Shown: one piece after another, positions 58,692 to 64,000 of the stretch
Position numbering within the stretch: position 1 is the first letter of the stretch
Layout: every line of letters starts with the position of its first letter
Assembly (NCBI GenBank): GCA_028826165.1
Contig: JAPDFW010000097.1
Location: forward strand, 1 to 64,000
Source of the DNA: Anaeramoeba ignava BMAN
Lineage: Eukaryota; Protista; Anaeramoebae
Direction: 5' to 3'
DNA length: 64,000 nt
Made by a program: the position numbers and the translations under genes
Notes under the pieces: model-generated
The model's database searches: none
What the model saw: the letters and a program-made list of their open reading frames with translations, nothing else
What the model was told of the DNA's origin: nothing

Positions 58692-59491
58692 AATCAATTC
58701 ATTCCACTTTTTTTTCTTTTCTTTTCTTTTCTTTTCTCAATGAGAAGAATAACAAAAAAAGATTTTTGAAGAGAATAAAAACAGAGATTAAATTAAAAAA
58801 ATTATTTTATAAATCAAAATATTAAATTAAAATATTAAATTAAATTATTAAATTAAATTATTATTTGCTTTAATTTAAATAAAGAAAGGCAAAATTATTA
58901 AATTAAAAATATTAAATTGAAAATATTAATTATTATTTGCTTTAATTTAATTTAATTTAATTAAAATAAATTAAAATATTAAATCAAAATATTAAATTTA
59001 ATTAAAATATTAAATCAAATTATTATTTGCTTTAATTTAATTTAATTAAATAAAGGAAGGCAAAATTATTAAATTAAAATATTAAATTAAAATATTAAAT
59101 TGAAAATTATTTGCTTTAATTTAATTAATTAAATAAAATAAGGCAAAAATATTAAATTAAAATATTAAATCAAAATATTAAATTAATTAATTATTTGCTT
59201 TAATTTAATTTAATTAAAGAAGGCAAAATTATTAAATTAAATATTAAATCAAAGAAGGCAAAATTATTAAATTTAAATATTAAATTAAAATATTAAATTA
59301 AAATATTAAATTAATTAATTATTTGCTTTAATTTAATTTAATTAAATAAATTTAAACAGCTGGCATTTTTTTTTTGTTGTTTTTTTTTTTTGCTTTTTTT
59401 TGCTTTTTTTTTTTGCTCTTCTTTTAAATTAAAATAATTTTTTTTTTTTCATTTTTTTCCTTTCAAAAAAACAAAACAAAACAATAAAAAA

Positions 59492-60463
59492 ATGAAAGCA
59501 GTAGTTGTAAAAGAATACGGAGATAAAGAAAAACTTCTTATTGAACAAAAAGAAATTCCAAAACCAGTTTCAGGTCAAATTTTAGTAAAGAATTTAGTTT
59601 TCGGAATTAATTTTATGGATCTTTTTCAAAGAAAAGGGATTTGGAAACCACCACTTCCATTTACACCAGGAGCAGAAGCAGCAGGAATAGTTGAAGCAGT
59701 ACCAGAAGATTACAAAGAAGAAGAATTCAAAGTTGGAACAAGAGTGGCATATTTTGCAATGGCAGCACAATCATATGCAGAATACTCACTTATCCCAATT
59801 ACATCATTAGTAGCAATTCCTGAGAAAATTTCCTTTGAAGATGCCTGCGCAGTTTCAGTTCAAGGATTAACAGCTCATTATCTTTGCCATTCAAGTTATG
59901 CAGTGAAAAAGGGGGATACAGTTCTTATTATGGCAGGAAGTGGAGGAGTTGGAGGTTTGCTAGTTCAAATGTGTCATATGATTGGAGCAACTGTAATAAC
60001 AACAGTTTCATCAGAAGAGAAAATGAAAATTGCTAAAGAATTTGGTGCTGATCATGTTATTAATTATACTGTTTCTGATTTCAAAGAAGAAGTTCGCAAA
60101 ATTTTCCCTAATGGTGTTGATGCTGTTTTTGATGGTGTTGGAAAAGCTGTTTTTGATAAAGCTCTTGAATGTCTTAGAATGAGAGGAAACTATGTTGTTT
60201 TTGGATATGCTTCTGGTCAAGTTGAAAACTTTGATATAATGAGATTGGGATCTTTAGGTTCTCTTAATTTGACTGTTTGTGTTTTGTTCCATTTTATTTC
60301 CCCTCCTGAAGTTTATAAGAAGAGAATGACTGATTGTTTGAATTGGGTTCAAGAAGGCAAAATTAAACCTAAAATTACTGTTGTTCCTTTTGAGAAAGTT
60401 GCAGATGCTCATGATTTGGTGGAAAGTAGAAAATCAACAGGAAAAGTTATCGTCAAATTTTAA
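59492..60463 (+). CDS. NADPH:quinone oxidoreductase (Qor/zeta-crystallin, MDR family), copy 1
   Basis: GINFMD, PFTPGAEAAG, QGLTAHYL, AGSGGVG, GADHVINY, ESRKSTGKVI; intronless. Confidence 0.93.
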   Translation: MKAVVVKEYGDKEKLLIEQKEIPKPVSGQILVKNLVFGINFMDLFQRKGIWKPPLPFTPGAEAAGIVEAVPEDYKEEEFKVGTRVAYFAMAAQSYAEYSLIPITSLVAIPEKISFEDACAVSVQGLTAHYLCHSSYAVKKGDTVLIMAGSGGVGGLLVQMCHMIGATVITTVSSEEKMKIAKEFGADHVINYTVSDFKEEVRKIFPNGVDAVFDGVGKAVFDKALECLRMRGNYVVFGYASGQVENFDIMRLGSLGSLNLTVCVLFHFISPPEVYKKRMTDCLNWVQEGKIKPKITVVPFEKVADAHDLVESRKSTGKVIVKF

Positions 60464-60723
60464 TTCTTTTCTCAAAACAAAACAAAACAAAACAAAACAA
60501 AACAAACTTAATTTCTTTTTTCTTAATTTCTTAATTTCTTTTTATCGAACGATCAATTAAAAGTTTAATTTAAAAGAAAAGAAAAACTTTTTTTTGCTTT
60601 TTTTTATTATTTTTAAAACAAAAAAAAAGGAAAAGCAAATAATTTTTTGCTTTTCTTTTAAATTAAAATAATTTTTTTTTTTCATTTTTTTCCTTTCAAA
60701 AAACAAAACAAAACAATAAAAAA

Positions 60724-61695
60724 ATGAAAGCAGTAGTTGTAAAAGAATACGGAGATAAAGAAAAACTTCTTATTGAACAAAAAGAAATTCCAAAACCAGT
60801 TTCAGGTCAAATTTTAGTAAAGAATTTAGTTTCAGGAATTAATTTGATGGATATTTTTCTAAGAAAAGGATTTATGAATCCACCACTTCCATTTACACCA
60901 GGATCAGAAGCAGCAGGAATAGTTGAAGCAGTACCAGAAGATTACAAAGAAGAAAAATTTAAAGTTGGAACAAAAGTTGTTTATGCTTCAATGACATCAC
61001 AAACATATGCAGAATACTCACTTGTTCCAATTGATTTTTTAGTAGCAATTCCTGAGAAAATTTCCTTTGAAGATGCCTGCGCAATTCCAGTTCAAGGATT
61101 AACAGCTCATTATCTTTGCCATTCAAGTTATGCAGTGAAAAAGGGGGATACAGTTCTTATTATGGCAGGAAGTGGAGGAGTTGGAGGTTTATTAGTTCAA
61201 ATGTGTCATATGATTGGAGCAACTGTAATAACAACAGTTTCATCAGAAGAGAAAATGAAAATTGCTAAAGAATTTGGTGCTGATCATGTTATTAATTATA
61301 CTGTTTCTGATTTCAAAGAAGAAGTTCGCAAAATTTTCCCTAATGGTGTTGATGCTGTTTTTGATTCTGTTGGAAAAGCTGTTTTTGATAAAGCTCTTGA
61401 ATGTCTTAGAATGAGAGGATATTATGTTGTTTTTGGATATGCTTCTGGTCAAGTTGAAAACTTTGATATAATGAGATTGGGATCTTTAGGTTCTCTTAAT
61501 TTGACTGTTTGCATGTTTACTGACTTTGTTAATTCTCCTCAAATTTATCAACAAAAAATGGCTGATTGTTTGAATTGGGTTCAAGAAGGTAAAATTAAAC
61601 CTAAAGTTACTACTTTCCCTTTGGAAAAAGTTGCAGATGCTCATGAATTTATGGAAAGTAGAAAATCAACAGGAAAAATTCTTCTTAAATTTTAA
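60724..61695 (+). CDS. NADPH:quinone oxidoreductase, copy 2 (tandem duplicate)
   Basis: Same length and motifs as copy 1; the 5' flank is also duplicated. Confidence 0.93.
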   Translation: MKAVVVKEYGDKEKLLIEQKEIPKPVSGQILVKNLVSGINLMDIFLRKGFMNPPLPFTPGSEAAGIVEAVPEDYKEEKFKVGTKVVYASMTSQTYAEYSLVPIDFLVAIPEKISFEDACAIPVQGLTAHYLCHSSYAVKKGDTVLIMAGSGGVGGLLVQMCHMIGATVITTVSSEEKMKIAKEFGADHVINYTVSDFKEEVRKIFPNGVDAVFDSVGKAVFDKALECLRMRGYYVVFGYASGQVENFDIMRLGSLGSLNLTVCMFTDFVNSPQIYQQKMADCLNWVQEGKIKPKVTTFPLEKVADAHEFMESRKSTGKILLKF

Positions 61696-61704
61696 TTCTT
61701 TTCT

Positions 61705-62692
61705 CGAATCAAATTAAATCAAATTCAAATTCAAATTCAAAATCAAATTAAATCAAATTAAATCAAATTAAATCAAATTAAATCAAATTAAATTAAATCA
61801 AATTAAATCAAATTAAATCAAATTAAATAAAATTAAATCAAATTAAATTAAATCAAATTAAATCAAATTAAATTAAATCAAATTAAATCAAATTAAATTC
61901 AAAATCAAATTAAATCAAATTCAAAAAAATTCAAAATCAAATTAAATCAAATCAAATTAAATCAAATTAAATAAAAATCAAATCAAAATCAAATTAATTA
62001 AATCAAATTAAATTCAAATTAAAATCAAATCAAATTAAATCAAATTAAATCAAATTAAATTAAATCAAATTAAATCAAATTAAATCAAATTAAATCAAAT
62101 TAAATCAAATCAAATTAAATCAAATCAAATTAAAAAAATTAAATCAAAATAAATTAAATTAAATTAAAATCAAATTAAATTTAAAAAATTTAAATAAATT
62201 AAAATCAAAAATTCAAATCAAATCAAAAATCAAATCAAATTAAATCAAATTAAATCAAATTCAAAATCAAAATTAAATCAAATTAAATCAAAAAAATCAA
62301 ATTAAATCAAATTCAAATAAAATCAAATTAAATTCAAATCAATTCAAATTAAATCAAATTAAATCAAATTAAATCAAATTAAATCAAATTAAATCAAAAA
62401 TTAAATCAAATCAAATTAAATCAAAAATTAAATTCAAATTAAATCAAATTAAATCAAATTAAATCCAAATCAAATTAAATCAAATTAAATCAAATTAAAT
62501 CAAATTAAATCAAAATTAAATCAAATTAAATCAAATTAAATCAAATTAAATCAAATTAAATCAAATTAAATCAAAAATTAAATCAAATTAAATCAAATTT
62601 AATCAAATTTAATCAAACCAAATTAAATCAAATTAAATCAAATCAAATTAAATCAATTCAAATTTAATCAAAATTTAATCAAAATTTAATCA
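61705..62692. repeat. (AAATTAAATC)n decamer intergenic repeat
   Basis: Directly visible. Confidence 0.9.
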
Positions 62693-62806
62693 ATTTTTTC
62701 TTTCATTCCATTTTCTCTTTAAAATTCTTTTTCCATTTTCAATCAAAAAAAAAAAAAAAAAAGAAAAATTTTTTTTCATTTTTTTATTTTTTAAAAATAT
62801 TTTTAA

Positions 62807-64000
62807 ATGGGTCAACTTTTAACAAGAAAAGAAATTGAAACTTATTTAGAAACAGATTTTAACAATCTTATACATTTTCATTATTTAAAATCTAGTCATA
62901 ATTATGGAAATTTAATTGTTTGTCATACAACTTTACAAAATTACATAAAAATTACACAAAAACCAGAAGAATCTTTAAAAAATATTGATTCTAAAAATAA
63001 TAAAGAATCAATATTCTCATTTATTATTCAAATAATCCCAAAGAAAGCAAAAGCAAAAGAAAATCAAAAAGAAAATGAAAATGAAAATGAAAAAGAAATT
63101 CAACCAAATTTTTCAAATAAAAAGAAAAAAAATAAAAAGAAAATTAATTTAGAACAATATATACACAAAATTAAAATCATCAAAAGAAAAACTGATCCAA
63201 TTCAAGAATATAAAAACATATTCGAAGATGAAACAATTCTATTCAAGAAAATTCCAGAAATTAATTCAAATGGAAAATATTTATCAGTTCAACCAAATCA
63301 AATTTCGAAATCTTGGGTTGATAAAATAACAAGAATTCTTAATAAGCATTCAGGTATTTTTGAAGTGAAAGATGTTATTGAAACGAACCAAGCAATCTAT
63401 CTATTTTATTCACACTCAAGCTATAATTTACAAAATATTTTGCAATACAATCAAGTTTTGATTCAATCAATTATAAAAAAGCTTTTCATTGTGTATCAGC
63501 TATTCAAATCATTATCATATTTGCAGTCAAACAATATCTTGCATGGATTTATCAACCCTTCAAATATTCTAATCACTTCTTCAAAGGATTTATGGGTTAA
63601 AATTGTTGGATTTAATTTATCACCAATTACTTCCGATGAATATTATATTCACGATCACAAATCTATTTTTGAAAAGTGGAATTTGCATGAAATTTCGAAT
63701 TTTGAGTATCTTCTACATCTCAATAATTTTGCTGGTCGCAAAATGGGAGATCCAAATAATCACCCTATATTTCCCTGGCTCTTTGATTTTTCTCAAGATC
63801 CCCGAATATGGATCTCATATTATTCAAATAACAAAGAATCAAAAGAATCAACAACTCAAAATGATGATCTCAAGGAAAATGTGGAGAATTCAAGAAAATC
63901 CTTCAGGAATTTATCCATTTCAAAATTTAGATTAAATAAAGGAGATGAAATGCTGGATTATTTTTTCAGGGCATATGGCTATCACATATCAGAAGGATTA
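62807..64000 (+). CDS. WDR81: WDR81/GFS12-like pseudokinase-BEACH protein, 5' part (runs off the window)
   Basis: KLFIVYQLFKSLSYLQSNNILHGFINPSNIL; ISNFEYLLHLNNFAGRKMGDPNNHPIFPWLFDF; FRNLSISKFRLNKGDEMLD. Confidence 0.9.
   Translation, partial: MGQLLTRKEIETYLETDFNNLIHFHYLKSSHNYGNLIVCHTTLQNYIKITQKPEESLKNIDSKNNKESIFSFIIQIIPKKAKAKENQKENENENEKEIQPNFSNKKKKNKKKINLEQYIHKIKIIKRKTDPIQEYKNIFEDETILFKKIPEINSNGKYLSVQPNQISKSWVDKITRILNKHSGIFEVKDVIETNQAIYLFYSHSSYNLQNILQYNQVLIQSIIKKLFIVYQLFKSLSYLQSNNILHGFINPSNILITSSKDLWVKIVGFNLSPITSDEYYIHDHKSIFEKWNLHEISNFEYLLHLNNFAGRKMGDPNNHPIFPWLFDFSQDPRIWISYYSNNKESKESTTQNDDLKENVENSRKSFRNLSISKFRLNKGDEMLDYFFRAYGYHISEGL

Noticed and set aside
61705-62692. Decamer array as a possible telomeric repeat (likewise 14760-15290)
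   Set aside because: Interstitial, degenerate, lacking G-runs, and flanked by ordinary genes.

Overview
Extremely AT-rich, gene-dense eukaryotic (protist) DNA in the standard genetic code. Spliceosomal GT-AG introns are often swollen by microsatellites and many proteins carry N/Q/K low-complexity tracts. The style resembles an Anaeramoeba-like anaerobic protist, but this is an unverified impression. About 25 genes are recognisable: a dual-specificity phosphatase, CLASP, Pescadillo, an F-box membrane protein, a DYRK kinase, Tipin/Swi3, TCF25/Rqc1, an ATP9/Neo1 flippase, a FYVE protein, a Rab8-like GTPase, a bZIP factor, queuosine salvage QNG1, CapZ-alpha, CCDC115/Vma22, a Tousled-like kinase and WDR81, plus three tandem gene pairs (a membrane protein, a TMEM62-like phosphoesterase and a quinone oxidoreductase). 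Four things stand out. (1) A 2.9-kb PIF/Harbinger-ISL2-type DNA transposon (18179-21057, 3-bp AAT target duplication) whose transposase is fused to a C-terminal Ulp1/SENP-type protease and preceded by a prokaryotic-type ribbon-helix-helix module; it sits 19 bp upstream of the TCF25 start. (2) A 1319-aa divergent HAP2/GCS1-like fusexin with extra Ig-like domains (46557-51443). (3) A Myb/SANT-Tousled kinase fusion. (4) A 144-145-bp-period, almost pure AT satellite between the TMEM62 paralogues. The first ~7 kb has many frameshifts that are probably consensus errors. All calls come from motif recognition by eye; no searches were run.
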